From Camelus ferus (taxonomy: Eukaryota), in contig NC_045697.1 in NCBI RefSeq assembly GCF_009834535.1, positions 86,864,001 to 86,928,000 of the forward strand: a DNA stretch of 64,000 nt. Direction: 5' to 3'. Below are positions 63,829 to 64,000 of this stretch, piece after piece. The notes below the pieces were generated by a model, which did not search any database, was not told where the DNA came from, and saw nothing but the letters and a program-made list of their open reading frames with translations. A program made the position numbers and the translations under genes. Within the stretch, counting starts at the first letter, position 1; the number at the start of each line of letters is the position of its first letter.

Positions 63829-64000
63829 GCTAGCCTGCTCTTCCTCCCCTGTGCCGTTTTAAATTCCTGCGGTTCTCTCCCCTGCCTCTGCCTTCCAGCC
63901 TCCGCGCTCCTTCCTTCTTTTCACTCTGACCCCAGTGGGACTTGTGGTTTCTCTCCGCGCGGCCCTCGGCGGTTTCAGGTTCACCACTCGCACCGGCCTC

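Larger units (their letters stand above)
62990..64000. promoter_or_regulatory. FGF2: CpG island / TATA-less GC-rich FGF2 promoter and first exon
   Basis: Abrupt rise in GC and CpG content; multiple GC-box-like motifs; no TATA box. Confidence 0.92.

Noticed and set aside
63823..63833. ORF-track C-terminus ...HSEC* of FGF2
   Set aside because: Read-through into intron 1 past the GTGAGT donor, not a truncating mutation

Overview
Mammalian genomic DNA. It is most likely from a camelid, judging by the tRNA-Ala-derived vic-1-type SINEs. The window covers the conserved BBS12-FGF2 interval. It opens inside the large coding exon of BBS12 (+, stop at 1193-1195) and ends in the FGF2 CpG island, with its promoter, 5' leader, exon 1 and first intron (+). 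The ~62 kb between them has no credible host protein-coding gene and is mostly transposon-derived: L1 fragments, SINEs, MIR/L2, MaLR, DNA-transposon MITEs and several LTRs with visible target-site duplications (TSDs). Most notable observations: (1) an ancient two-LTR class III (ERVL-like) provirus 125 bp after the BBS12 stop, still showing protease, YIDD reverse-transcriptase, env-TM and PPT remnants; (2) an FGF2 leader whose CUG-initiated isoform set differs from human, with the 34 kDa frame blocked, the middle CUG lost, and tandem AUG-stop elements; (3) a nested LTR cluster at ~43.9-47.9 kb. I found no convincing new biological system. Repeat family names and human comparisons are from recall and need Dfam/RepeatMasker or alignment confirmation.
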